Sequence record: DRR723986_6582 | Reading direction: 5' to 3' (one strand) | Length of the DNA: 64,000 nucleotides | Shown here: positions 51,982 to 62,094 of the stretch, in pieces | How positions within the stretch are numbered: the first letter of the stretch is position 1 | How the letters are laid out: each line of letters starts with the position of its first letter | Program-made: the position numbers and the translations under genes | Notes under the pieces: model-generated | Database searches by the model: none | What the model was told of the DNA's origin: nothing | Seen by the model: the letters and a program-made list of their open reading frames with translations, nothing else

Positions 51982-54462
51982 TCACGCTCCGCGCAGTAAC
52001 ACTGTCGCGGAGCTGCGCAACATTTTTCGGCTACTCGTCAACACCAGCAGTGCTAATATGCCAGCCCCTGCCACACTCGCCAGCGGTATTGCCGCCCAAT
52101 ACAGAAGTACTTCTGACTGCATGACCCAGCGCTGAATAAAAAACAAACAAAAATTGGCACCCAGCCCAGCTACCGCCCCGGCCAGTGCGCCCAGCAACGC
52201 AAATTCACCGATGACTACCGCGAATAAAAAACGGTTTCTGGCGCCCAAGGTTCGCAACAGCGCGTTTTCCTGTTTGCGGGTTTGGAAACTCAGCATCACA
52301 TTTGCAGCGCTAATCAGTAAGGCGCTCACCAGCACCAGTAATAGCACCACAGCCAGTGCACGAGATAGCTGCGCAACCACGCCTTGAACCTGTTTAAGTA
52401 CTGCGCCAATTTCAATCAGACTGACCGTCGGGTAGCGGCCGAGCAAATCGACCAATAGCGGGCGCTGCGAGTCGTCGAGGTAAAAACTGGTAATATAGCT
52501 ACCGGCGTAACTGCGCAACGCGTCCTCTGGAAACAGGAAGTAAAAGTTCGGACGCATACTTGCCCAGTCGAGCTGCCGTAAACTCGCAACCGTCGCGGTT
52601 AAATCTCTGCCGCCAACGTTAAAACGTAACGCCGTGCCCACAGTAATATTCAGGCGTTGAGCCAATTCTTGCTCCACTGACACAGGGTTTGTCTGCAACG
52701 GCTCAGCAGCCTGGCTCCACCACTGACCGGCGATCAGTTGATTGTCCTCTGGCAGCGCCTCTGACCAACTGAGATTCAACTCTCGGTCCACACCCGTATT
52801 TCGGGTTTCCAGGCCCTCGATATCCTGCAATGGCATGTTGTCGATTTCTACGAGGCGACCACGAACCATTGGATACAAGCCCGCGTGGTGAATACGGCGT
52901 TCAGCGAGGAAGGCCTCCAGCGGCTCGACATCACGATCGGCAATATTGATCAAAAAGTAGTTGGGCGTGTCCTCAGCTACCTGTTGCTGCCAGTCCTTAA
53001 GGAGTAATTCCCGTAACAGCAGTAAACTCACCAACACCATCAAGGCAAGGGCGATGCTGGCAGTTTGAAAAGCGTTGGCGTAACGCCGCCGATAAATGCT
53101 CGACACAGCCAGGTGTTGAACACTGCCCGGCAGTCGACGGCTGAGGCGACGAATACCTGTCAGCGCCATAAGCACGACGCCAGCCGCCGCCACAAGTAAC
53201 ACTGAACAACCCAGCATCAGCGCAATGACCAGTGAGAGATCTCCGCTATACCAGTACATCAGCAGTCCTAAGCCCGCAGCCCCGGCGGCAGTCGCAAGGC
53301 GAACCCCACCCTCGAGCGATTCATCGCGGCGCAACACGTGAACGGGCGATACGCGGCTCAAACGCACTATCGGTGGCATGGCAAAGCACAACAGGCACAA
53401 CGCTGCACTGACAATAGCCATCCAAAGCGGTCGCAAACTTCCAGCCGGCGGGGTTGCAGACACCAGGTCACTGAGGCTGACAAACAACAAATATTGCACC
53501 GCAACGCCAACCAAGCCTCCCAGCACCGAGGCAAGAAGCAATACCAGCAGTAACTGCCGAAGGTAGTGCAGTAAGATATATCGCCGACTCGCCCCCAATG
53601 TTTTCATTAAGGCCACCGCGTCAATGTTGCGCTGGCCGTAGCGCTGGGCCGCCAGCGCAATGGCCGCCCCCGCCAGTGCCAAGGTAAGGCTAGCAGCCAG
53701 TAGAAGGTACTCTTCTGCGCGCGCCAAAGCGCTGGCCAGCGCTGGCTGGTTGTCTTCGATATTCAGCCACTTTTGCCCCGGCAACAAACTGGCGCTGAGA
53801 GTTTGCCGATATGCCGCGAATGCCGCGTCATCGCCGGCAAAAAGATAGCGGTAATCCACAACGCTCCCGGGCTGTACCACCTCGGTGGCACCCAGGTCTT
53901 CCAGATTCATTAGCCCGCGAGGGCCGTAGATATTCAACGCAGAACTGCGGTCGGGCTCATCAACCAATACCCGCGTTGCCACTAGCGCTTTTTCCCCTAC
54001 CTCAACGGTCTGACCCAGGGTAATACCGAGCGTCGCCATCGCCCGTGAATCCAGCCAAACCTCCCCTGCCAATGGCCCGTGCTCAACCCCCTCCCCATCA
54101 GCAAACATCTGCTTGGCTGCGCGAAGCTCGCCCCTCAATGGGTAGGATGCGGAGGCCGCACGCATAGACACCAGCAACATCTCTTCACTGGCATAGACCA
54201 TTGTGCGAAACGCCACAAGCTGCGCTGTGCGCAGGCCCTCAGAGCGCGCGTTATCCAGCCATTGCGGCTCTATCGGTCGCGGGCTGGTCAGCACATGATC
54301 TGCAGCCAAAAAGGTGCGACTTTGCGTCGCCATCGTCGCTTGTAAACGTTCTGAGAAACCGGCAATACCACTAACGCTGGCGACCGCTAGGCTAAGGGCG
54401 ATACACAATAAGCCCAGCTCGCCACCGCGCCAGGCGCGCAGCCATTGCTTGAGCATCAACAT
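51982..54462 (-). CDS. ybbP: ABC transporter permease (YbbP-like, FtsX-type)
   Basis: WRGGEL, YPLRG, ALMKTLGA, PNYFLINI, YPMVRGRL, RELNLSW, W.SMRPNF. Confidence 0.88.
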   Translation of the reverse strand: MLMLKQWLRAWRGGELGLLCIALSLAVASVSGIAGFSERLQATMATQSRTFLAADHVLTSPRPIEPQWLDNARSEGLRTAQLVAFRTMVYASEEMLLVSMRAASASYPLRGELRAAKQMFADGEGVEHGPLAGEVWLDSRAMATLGITLGQTVEVGEKALVATRVLVDEPDRSSALNIYGPRGLMNLEDLGATEVVQPGSVVDYRYLFAGDDAAFAAYRQTLSASLLPGQKWLNIEDNQPALASALARAEEYLLLAASLTLALAGAAIALAAQRYGQRNIDAVALMKTLGASRRYILLHYLRQLLLVLLLASVLGGLVGVAVQYLLFVSLSDLVSATPPAGSLRPLWMAIVSAALCLLCFAMPPIVRLSRVSPVHVLRRDESLEGGVRLATAAGAAGLGLLMYWYSGDLSLVIALMLGCSVLLVAAAGVVLMALTGIRRLSRRLPGSVQHLAVSSIYRRRYANAFQTASIALALMVLVSLLLLRELLLKDWQQQVAEDTPNYFLINIADRDVEPLEAFLAERRIHHAGLYPMVRGRLVEIDNMPLQDIEGLETRNTGVDRELNLSWSEALPEDNQLIAGQWWSQAAEPLQTNPVSVEQELAQRLNITVGTALRFNVGGRDLTATVASLRQLDWASMRPNFYFLFPEDALRSYAGSYITSFYLDDSQRPLLVDLLGRYPTVSLIEIGAVLKQVQGVVAQLSRALAVVLLLVLVSALLISAANVMLSFQTRKQENALLRTLGARNRFLFAVVIGEFALLGALAGAVAGLGANFCLFFIQRWVMQSEVLLYWAAIPLASVAGAGILALLVLTSSRKMLRSSATVLLRGA

Positions 54463-55136
54463 GGGCGTTGCCGCGGTAATTCTGACAACTCACCATCGTA
54501 CATTTCAAACACTCGTTCGCAGTGGTCTGCCAAGCCCTGCTCATGGGTCACCAGTACCAATGTAGTGCCTTTGTCTCGGTTCAAGCTGAACAGCAGCTCG
54601 GTGATATGGGCGCCGGTTTTCGCATCAAGATTGCCGGTAGGTTCATCGGCAAACAGGATCGCGGGCTCACTGGCAAAAGCGCGCGCTATCGCTACCCGTT
54701 GCTGTTCACCACCGGAGAGCAGCCGCGGATAGTGGTGCTGCCGATGTCCTAACTCCAGTTCTTCAAGCAGCGTTGACGCGCGCTGACGCGGCGCCTCCAT
54801 ACCTGCCAACTCTAGCGGCAGCATCACATTCTCCAGTGCCGTTAGTGAGGGCAGCAGCTGGAAGGACTGAAACACAAACCCCACCGAGCGTGCCCGCAGC
54901 GCCGCCCGTTGATCCTCACTCATGGACGCCAAAGACTGGCCTTGAAGCAGAACATCACCTTCGCTCGGCGAGTCCAGGCCTGCCAACAAACCTAGCAACG
55001 TAGACTTCCCCGACCCAGACGGCCCAACAATTGCCGCGCTCTGCCCCGCCTTGATTTCGAGATCGATCCCTTTCAGTATTCGTAGCTCGCCATCACCACT
55101 GGGGACTGTCTTGCTGAGCTTTTCAACTTTTATCAT
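54456..55136 (-). CDS. ybbA: ABC transporter ATP-binding protein (YbbA-like)
   Basis: GPSGSGKST, GFVFQSFQL, LSGGEQQRVAIARAF, ADEPTGNLD. Confidence 0.92.
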   Translation of the reverse strand: MIKVEKLSKTVPSGDGELRILKGIDLEIKAGQSAAIVGPSGSGKSTLLGLLAGLDSPSEGDVLLQGQSLASMSEDQRAALRARSVGFVFQSFQLLPSLTALENVMLPLELAGMEAPRQRASTLLEELELGHRQHHYPRLLSGGEQQRVAIARAFASEPAILFADEPTGNLDAKTGAHITELLFSLNRDKGTTLVLVTHEQGLADHCERVFEMYDGELSELPRQRPC

Positions 55137-55773
55137 TCGCCTTCCTGTACTGCATTTGCTGGTCGTCGCCTGCGGCTTTGCGTTTAGTGTATCGCTCCAT
55201 GCTCAGGACCGCAGTAGCCCGCGACTACTTATTCTTGGTGATAGCCTCAGCGCCGCCTATGGCATGGCGCCTGAAAAGGGTTGGGTCGCCCTACTCGCCC
55301 GCGACTTAGCCGACAGTGCAACCATTATTAATGCCAGTGTTAGCGGCGAAACGACCGAAGGAGGCCTGCAGCGCTTGCCGGGCTTGTTGCAAGAGCACGC
55401 CCCGGACGTCGTGGTGCTCGAGTTGGGCGGCAACGATGGTTTGCGGGGCTACCCACTGACACGTGTACGCAACACGCTGAGCGAAATGATCACCCTGAGC
55501 AGAGAAAGCGGCGCAAAAATACTCCTTGTGGGAATGCGCATTCCGCCCAACTACGGGCGGCGCTACAGCCTGGGGTTTGAGAAAATCTATCCGGCATTGG
55601 CCGAGGAGCACACGCTGCCGCTTGTGCCCTTTTTACTCGAAGGCATCGCCGGGGACGCCACACTAATGCAGAATGACGGCATCCACCCCAACGCCCAGGC
55701 ACAACCTGCGATGGCGGCTACGGTGGGCGATGCACTTCGGCCAATATTGATGGCGCTGGAAGAAAAAAACTAG
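55111..55773 (+). CDS. tesA: arylesterase / acyl-CoA thioesterase I (SGNH hydrolase)
   Basis: GDSLSAAYG, NASVSGETT, ELGGNDGLRG, DGIHP; start uncertain (TTG 55111 or 55156). Confidence 0.9.
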   Translation: MLSFSTFIIRLPVLHLLVVACGFAFSVSLHAQDRSSPRLLILGDSLSAAYGMAPEKGWVALLARDLADSATIINASVSGETTEGGLQRLPGLLQEHAPDVVVLELGGNDGLRGYPLTRVRNTLSEMITLSRESGAKILLVGMRIPPNYGRRYSLGFEKIYPALAEEHTLPLVPFLLEGIAGDATLMQNDGIHPNAQAQPAMAATVGDALRPILMALEEKN

Positions 55774-57152
55774 GCGTGTAAGCCTCCTCGAGTAAGCCGC
55801 TCCGGGTCGAGATAGCCTAATAATTCCTCGCGGGAATATGTCGTCATCTCTTCGGCAACATCGAGGATATCGCGCTGTTCGCTGTATGCTCGCTTTGCAA
55901 TCTCAGCCGCCCTCAAATAGCCAATTAGCGGGTTTAACGCCGTTACCAACACTGGGTTTTTAGCCAGAGCAGCCCGTAAATTGTTGTGATTTACCTGGAA
56001 ATCAACAATGCATTGATCGGCCAGAGCAGTGCATGACGACGCCATCACATCGATACTCTGCAGCAGGTTATAGGCAATCACCGGCAACATCACATTCAGC
56101 TGAAAATTACCCGACTGCCCTGCCATGGCAATGCAGGCATCATTGCCGACCACCTGCGCACAAGCCATCGCTACCGCTTCGGGAATTACCGGATTAACCT
56201 TACCGGGCATAATACTGCTACCCGGTTGCAGCGCCCGCAGCTGAATTTCGCCCAGTCCTGAGAGCGGCCCGCTGTTCATCCAGCGCAAGTCATTACTGAT
56301 TTTCGTCAGAGCCACCGCCAGCGTTTTCAATTGCGACGATGCCGACACCGCCGTGTCCTGGCAGGAGATACCCTCAAAAAAATTATTGTTCGGCCGGAAA
56401 TCGGTATGGGTGTTGCGAGAAATCACCTCGCAAAATGCCGCCGAAAAGCCCTGCGGCGCATTCACACCGGTACCGACCGCCGTGCCGCCCTGGCTTAACA
56501 GCCGCAATTCCGACAGGACATGCTGCAGACGCGCCTGTGCCTTCTCAAGCTGACAAGACCACGCCGACATCTCTTGGGCAAGTGTCATCGGCATGGCATC
56601 CATTAAATGTGTTCTGCCCGTTTTGACTACGCCTGTCATCGCGCCAGCGCGTTCATCAATCGTCGCCTGCAAACGCTTCACCGCTGGGATCAATATTTCC
56701 TGCAGCTTAATGGCGGCGCTGCAGTGTATCGCTGTCGGCACCACATCATTGCTGCTCTGGCTCATATTCACGTGGTCGTTGGCACTGATGGACAGGCCAG
56801 ACATCTCACTCGCGAGGGTCGCCACCACCTCATTGACGTTCATATTTGTACTGGTACCCGAGCCAGTCTGAAACACGTCAACGGGAAATTGGTCGCGAAA
56901 TTCACCCGCCAATACGCGGTCCACTGCTTGAATAATGGCCTCACTAATCTCGGCGTCCAGCACACCCAGTTCGGCATTGACCTCAGCGGCCGCGCGCTTG
57001 ATATGCAATACCGCGTCAATAAAGCTGCCGGGAAGTGTCAGCGAACTGATCTGAAAGTTGTCCAATGCCCGCTGGGTTTGGGCGGAAAACTTGGCATCCG
57101 CCGGCACGCTGACGTCGCCCATGCTGTCGGTTACCACACGAAATTGGCTCAT
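55770..57152 (-). CDS. fumC: class II fumarate hydratase
   Basis: QTGSGTSTNMN.NEV, SSND, KTGRTHLMDA, GSSIMPGKVNP. Confidence 0.95.
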   Translation of the reverse strand: MSQFRVVTDSMGDVSVPADAKFSAQTQRALDNFQISSLTLPGSFIDAVLHIKRAAAEVNAELGVLDAEISEAIIQAVDRVLAGEFRDQFPVDVFQTGSGTSTNMNVNEVVATLASEMSGLSISANDHVNMSQSSNDVVPTAIHCSAAIKLQEILIPAVKRLQATIDERAGAMTGVVKTGRTHLMDAMPMTLAQEMSAWSCQLEKAQARLQHVLSELRLLSQGGTAVGTGVNAPQGFSAAFCEVISRNTHTDFRPNNNFFEGISCQDTAVSASSQLKTLAVALTKISNDLRWMNSGPLSGLGEIQLRALQPGSSIMPGKVNPVIPEAVAMACAQVVGNDACIAMAGQSGNFQLNVMLPVIAYNLLQSIDVMASSCTALADQCIVDFQVNHNNLRAALAKNPVLVTALNPLIGYLRAAEIAKRAYSEQRDILDVAEEMTTYSREELLGYLDPERLTRGGLHA

Positions 57153-57263
57153 CTGTTGCCTCCAATCGAGTTATCGCAATGGCCTCCAGTATCCCTACCG
57201 CGCTCGGCAGATGCAAAACGCGGCGTCAGCTTCTAGAATAGCTGGCCAGCAACGGAGACCGCT

Positions 57264-58571
57264 ATGCACGATTACAGCAATATCGACACAAGCACTTGGC
57301 TCGCTTGGGATCGCGATCATATCTGGCACCCCTATGCGTCTGCGCTATCCGCGCCAGAGATGTTCCCGGTTAAATCTGCCAGTGGTGTTGAAATTGTATT
57401 GGCGGACGACAGGCGCTTAATCGATGGCATGTCGTCTTGGTGGTCGGCGATTCACGGCTACAATCATCCCGTGTTAAACGACGCCGCACAGCGTCAGCTG
57501 GCAGACATGTCCCACGTTATGTTCGGCGGCCTGACCCACGCCCCCGCGGCAACACTCGGCAAGCGGCTGGTCGACCTGACGCCGCCACCCCTGCAGCGAG
57601 TATTTATTTCTGACTCGGGGTCAGTCGCGGTTGAAGTCGCGATTAAAATGGCGCTGCAATACTGGATCGCCAAGGGGCAATCAGCAAAGCATCGACTTAT
57701 CGCGCTACGCAATGGTTATCATGGCGACACCTTTGCCACGATGGCAGTGTGTGATCCCGTCAATGGTATGCACCATTTATTCAGCTCGGTGTTGAGTCAG
57801 CAACTGTTTGCAGAGGCGCCACAAACACCATTTGGACAGGCAGCCAGCGATGGCGATATGGCCTCGGTGGAAGCGCTGCTTCACGAGCACCATGGCGACG
57901 TTGCGGCCGTTATTGTCGAACCCATCGTGCAAGGGGCTGGCGGCATGCGATTTTATTCTGCCGACTATTTACGCCGCCTGCGCGCGCTATGCGACCGCTA
58001 TGATGTATTGCTGATTCACGACGAAATTGCCACCGGTTTCGGCCGTACAGGTAAACTTTTCGCCTGTGAGCACGCCGACATCAGCCCCGACATTATGTGC
58101 GTTGGCAAGGGGCTAACCGGCGGTTATCTAAGCCTTGCTGCTACCCTGTGCACTGAAGATATTGCTCAAGGTATTTGCCAGGGTGAGGCCGGCGTATTTA
58201 TGCACGGCCCGACTTTTATGGGGAACCCTCTGGCTTGCGCCATCGCCAATGCCAGCATCGACCTGCTGCTTGCCAACGACTGGCAGGGCAATATCCAGCG
58301 TATCGAGCAGGGATTAAAACAAGGCTTATCACCGGCCAGCGAGATCCCGGGCGTTGCGGATGTGCGCTGCCTCGGCGGCATCGGCGTGATTGAAATGGCC
58401 GAACCGGTGACGATGGCCTCTATTCAGCGCCGCTTCGTCGATCACGGTGTTTGGATTCGGCCCTTTGGAAAACTCATCTATACCATGCCGCCCTACATCA
58501 TTGACGACGAGCAACTGGCATCCCTCTGCCGGGAGATTATCGCGGTTATTCGTGAGGAACAGGCACAATGA
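57264..58571 (+). CDS. bioA: adenosylmethionine--8-amino-7-oxononanoate transaminase
   Basis: HIWHPY, DGMSSWWS.IHGYNHP, DSGSVAVEVA.KMA, DEIATGFGRTG, GKGLTGG, HGPTFMGNPLAC. Confidence 0.96.
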   Translation: MHDYSNIDTSTWLAWDRDHIWHPYASALSAPEMFPVKSASGVEIVLADDRRLIDGMSSWWSAIHGYNHPVLNDAAQRQLADMSHVMFGGLTHAPAATLGKRLVDLTPPPLQRVFISDSGSVAVEVAIKMALQYWIAKGQSAKHRLIALRNGYHGDTFATMAVCDPVNGMHHLFSSVLSQQLFAEAPQTPFGQAASDGDMASVEALLHEHHGDVAAVIVEPIVQGAGGMRFYSADYLRRLRALCDRYDVLLIHDEIATGFGRTGKLFACEHADISPDIMCVGKGLTGGYLSLAATLCTEDIAQGICQGEAGVFMHGPTFMGNPLACAIANASIDLLLANDWQGNIQRIEQGLKQGLSPASEIPGVADVRCLGGIGVIEMAEPVTMASIQRRFVDHGVWIRPFGKLIYTMPPYIIDDEQLASLCREIIAVIREEQAQ

Positions 58572-59383
58572 CAGGCGATACCTTCAAGGAGCGCCTTCGT
58601 GAGATCATCTTCGGCACAGAGCCAGGTCTGGGCAGGAACTTCGACATCGCGCTTATCATCGTCATTATCGCGAGCGTTTTAGCCCTATTTTTGGACTCCG
58701 TGGAGCCCCTGCATGCCGCCTATGGCGAGCTTTTTTACACTGCAGAAATCGCCTTTACCGTGCTGTTTAGTATCGAGTACCTAGCGCGAATATACTGCTC
58801 TGTAGACCGAAAACGCTACATCACCAGCTTCTACGGCATCGTCGATCTGCTAGCGACACTGCCCACCTACCTGGCGTTAATTTTACCCGGCGCCCAGCAT
58901 TTGCTGGTGATTCGCATCTTTCGCGTACTGCGTATTTTCCGCGTGTTTAAGCTTTTCAAGTACATGTCTGAGGCGAATATTCTGGTGCGCTCGATCAAAT
59001 CGTCGCGCCACAAAATTACCGTGTTCTTCATCACCGTCGTCACACTGGTCATCGTCTTTGGTTCTTTGATGTATTTGGTCGAAGGGCCTGAAAATGGCTT
59101 CACGAGTCTGCCGCAAAGCATCTACTGGGCCATCGTCACCGTCACGACAGTCGGCTACGGGGATATTGTTCCCCATTCGCCCCTGGGGCGCGCCATCGCA
59201 GCGATGGCAATGGTTACCAGCTACGCCATCATTGCCATCCCAACCGGGATACTCAGCGCGGAGCTCGTGCAAGAAAACCAACGTCAGGCAGGCTTAAAGC
59301 GTTGCACGTCTTGCCAACAGGGCAACCACGAACGCGACGCCATTCACTGCAAATACTGCGGTGAATTGCTGCCTGAGCAATGA
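58568..59383 (+). CDS. voltage-gated potassium channel-like ion transporter
   Basis: S4-like RIFRVLRIFRVFK, selectivity filter TVGYGD, C-terminal CxxC...CxxC. Confidence 0.92.
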   Translation: MTGDTFKERLREIIFGTEPGLGRNFDIALIIVIIASVLALFLDSVEPLHAAYGELFYTAEIAFTVLFSIEYLARIYCSVDRKRYITSFYGIVDLLATLPTYLALILPGAQHLLVIRIFRVLRIFRVFKLFKYMSEANILVRSIKSSRHKITVFFITVVTLVIVFGSLMYLVEGPENGFTSLPQSIYWAIVTVTTVGYGDIVPHSPLGRAIAAMAMVTSYAIIAIPTGILSAELVQENQRQAGLKRCTSCQQGNHERDAIHCKYCGELLPEQ

Positions 59384-59408
59384 ACTGACACTTCGAGATT
59401 CGCGCGCT

Positions 59409-59828
59409 ATGTGGATACAACGAACGATTACTCTACGCGCGAAAGCGCGTGGCTTTCACCTCATCGACAATGAGATCATCGCGCAACTGCCGGAAATATC
59501 ACAATTATCTGTCGGTTTATGTCAGCTGTTTATTCAACACACCTCGGCGTCATTAACGCTTAACGAGAATGCCGACCCCACAGTTCGTAGCGACTTTGAG
59601 TATTTTTTCTCCCGCTGCGTTCCGGAAGGCGATACCCACTACCAGCATACCGATGAGGGCTGCGACGATCTTCCAGCCCATATTAAAGCCAGTCTATTGG
59701 GCAGTAACGTGACAATACCCGTGAGCGAGGGACGGCTTGCCTTGGGTACTTGGCAAGGTGTGTACCTTGGAGAGCACCGCAACAGAGGTGGCCAACGCCG
59801 CATTGTTGCGACACTTTTTGGCGAATAA
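59409..59828 (+). CDS. yjbQ: YjbQ/UPF0047 family protein
   Basis: HTSASLTLNENADP.VR.D, PAHIK, LGTWQG.YL.EHR; start moved to ATG 59409. Confidence 0.92.
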   Translation: MWIQRTITLRAKARGFHLIDNEIIAQLPEISQLSVGLCQLFIQHTSASLTLNENADPTVRSDFEYFFSRCVPEGDTHYQHTDEGCDDLPAHIKASLLGSNVTIPVSEGRLALGTWQGVYLGEHRNRGGQRRIVATLFGE

Positions 59829-59969
59829 TGGGTCTCAGTGGAGGTCTCAGCCAATTCAGCCTCGGTTCAGATACGAGGCCGATAATGTGAACTAAGCGTC
59901 ATCATTGCAACGCGGCGGCTATGCTATTCTGCCGCGCATTGCTTTAACTACTATTATAAGGATCGATTC

Positions 59970-60551
59970 ATGTTGCGTTTATGGAAATCTGTAGCCGTCT
60001 CACTGGCTCTGCTTGGCAGCAGCTTGGGTATGGCACTGGAAGTGGGCGGCAATTTACCTACGCTGGACGTGCCAAGCCGCGGGGAGCTGGTTATGTCGGG
60101 CGACAAGGTGAGCTTCAGCCCTTGGTCTAGCACCAGTATCAGCACGGGCAGCCCAGCACTTATTTTTCACATGCCTGCGCGCATGTCATCAGATGCCGCG
60201 ATTGCCCCCCTTCGCGCACGGCTGGAAGCCGGTGAGTATCCCACTGAGAGTTTCCAATCAATTTCCGTGGTCAACCTTGATGACGCACTGTGGGGAACCT
60301 CTGGCTTGGTCGCTGGTGAGCTCGCCAAGAATAAGCGCGCTCACCCCCAAGCTGTGCTTGTTGCCGACGATGCTGGACGCGGGCTAAAGGCCTGGCAATT
60401 AAAGTCTCGAACCATTGCGGTTATTTTGCTCAATGCCGAGGGTGAAATTACTTACCTGAAGGAAGGCGAACTGTCGCAGGATGATATTGATACCATTATC
60501 GCAAAGCTGGACGCCGAAATTGCCAGTGCGGAGCGTGTTGCGAACAACTGA
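59970..60551 (+). CDS. ytfJ: YtfJ-family exported protein
   Basis: Signal peptide; GEL...W.S, VNLDDALWGT, V.DD.G...AWQL, EG.LS. Confidence 0.8.
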   Translation: MLRLWKSVAVSLALLGSSLGMALEVGGNLPTLDVPSRGELVMSGDKVSFSPWSSTSISTGSPALIFHMPARMSSDAAIAPLRARLEAGEYPTESFQSISVVNLDDALWGTSGLVAGELAKNKRAHPQAVLVADDAGRGLKAWQLKSRTIAVILLNAEGEITYLKEGELSQDDIDTIIAKLDAEIASAERVANN

Positions 60552-60579
60552 GTTAGGTCGTAAAAAAGCGCGCCATGTA

Positions 60580-61080
60580 TCAATTGGCGCGCTTCTCCAA
60601 TAAGCGTTTCAAGTTCTTGAGCATCATTTTCACACCAAAACGCATCACAGGGCTGAATACGGGTAGAAATACCTTGCTAAAGCCCTTTGGCTTCATCGCC
60701 ATTGTCCACCGCACGCGACAGCGGTTATCCGCCAATTCGTCCACTTCGTAGCGCTCGGCAAAGGACTCGATATTGTCCCGGGTAGCGTGTGTGAAACAAA
60801 ATGCCATTTCCCTGCCCCGCTCCCAGGCAATAAACTCTTCGAAACCCGTCAGCCCGCCCATCATATATACTGTACGAGTCGTCCCGATCCCGAAAGGCCT
60901 CGGCGATGTCCACTCCACGCGCTGGATCGGCATTGCCCAACGGGGCCAGTCATCGGCATTTTCAAAAGATGCAAAGACATCTGCCGCGCTGACACCGAAC
61001 TCTACCTCAGCAACGTACTTAAACGGTGCTGACTCAAAGAAGGTCATATCCACGGCTTGACACAAAAATTTTTCTGCCAC
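60580..61080 (-). CDS. SRPBCC/START-like (polyketide cyclase) family protein
   Basis: W..W..I..VEWTS..PFG.GTTRTV, EEF.AW. Confidence 0.8.
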   Translation of the reverse strand: MAEKFLCQAVDMTFFESAPFKYVAEVEFGVSAADVFASFENADDWPRWAMPIQRVEWTSPRPFGIGTTRTVYMMGGLTGFEEFIAWERGREMAFCFTHATRDNIESFAERYEVDELADNRCRVRWTMAMKPKGFSKVFLPVFSPVMRFGVKMMLKNLKRLLEKRAN

Positions 61081-61171
61081 TTATTATCTCCGCTGATTTT
61101 TCTGGCATACGTAGTAGTAGATCGGGAAATCTACCCCGCCCAGCCACTAGCGACAAGAAAACCTAGGGAAA

Positions 61172-61990
61172 ATGACAAACTCTTCATCAAACTCGCAAGA
61201 TAAGGAACCAAAAAGTGCAGAAAACGCGATCGAGCAACTGCCGCTGCTCTATCGCGACGACGATATTGTTGTGGTGGACAAGCCCAGCGGCCTGCTCGTT
61301 CACCGCAGCCCAATAGACCGGCGAGAAACGCGCTTTGCCTTACAGATACTCCGCGAGCAGCTAGGGCAATACATCTACCCCGTTCATCGCCTGGATAAGC
61401 CCACCTCAGGGGTTATGGTTTTTGGCCTGCACAGCGAGAGTGCCTCGGTATTAGCCAAACAGTTTGCCCAGCACCAGATCCGCAAGGCCTACCTAGCGAC
61501 AGTTCGGGGTTACGCCCCCGCCAGTGGCTGCATCGATCACCCATTGCGGGCAGACCCCGATCGCTATGCAGGAAGAGCGGAGTTTGGGGACGCCAAGCCG
61601 GCCATTACCCACTATCAGTGTCTGGCTCAGTACGAACTTGATGCCTGTATCGAAAAATACCCTCAATCGCGCTACTCATTAGTGCTCGCCCAGCCGCTGA
61701 CCGGGCGGCCCCACCAGATTCGCCGACACATGAAGCATATCGCCCACCCCATTATTGGTGACGCCAAGCATGGCCGCGGTAGGCATAACCGTTATTTTGC
61801 TGAGCATTTAGCCTGCCCTCGCTTGTTACTGCACGCCATGGCCCTGGAGTTCAGCCATCCCGCCAGTGGCCAACGGCGGCGCTTTGTGTCGCCGTTAACG
61901 GGGACCTATGCGGCATTAGTGGAGGCGTTTAACTGGCAGACAGCGGTGAACACCGCCGAGCATAGACTTGGCTGGCCGAAGGTTACATAA
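61172..61990 (+). CDS. truC: tRNA pseudouridine(65) synthase TruC (RluA family)
   Basis: KPSGLLVHRS, HRLDKPTSG, TGRPHQIRRHMKHI.HPIIGD..HG. Confidence 0.88.
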   Translation: MTNSSSNSQDKEPKSAENAIEQLPLLYRDDDIVVVDKPSGLLVHRSPIDRRETRFALQILREQLGQYIYPVHRLDKPTSGVMVFGLHSESASVLAKQFAQHQIRKAYLATVRGYAPASGCIDHPLRADPDRYAGRAEFGDAKPAITHYQCLAQYELDACIEKYPQSRYSLVLAQPLTGRPHQIRRHMKHIAHPIIGDAKHGRGRHNRYFAEHLACPRLLLHAMALEFSHPASGQRRRFVSPLTGTYAALVEAFNWQTAVNTAEHRLGWPKVT

Positions 61991-62094
61991 TTATAACTTA
62001 ACCTTATCGCCCATTCCCTCTACGCTAGTGGGAATAACTTGACCGGCCCCAGCGCCCGAACACCAGTAAAACAATAACGCGAGGCAAACTCACT

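Noticed and set aside
55051-55160. Head-to-head overlap of ybbA and tesA
   Set aside because: Known conserved arrangement, as in E. coli; not novel
61981-62003. AT-rich imperfect palindrome GGTTACATAATTATAACTTAACC upstream of the GMC gene
   Set aside because: Overlaps the truC stop and matches no operator consensus (including Fur) well enough to call
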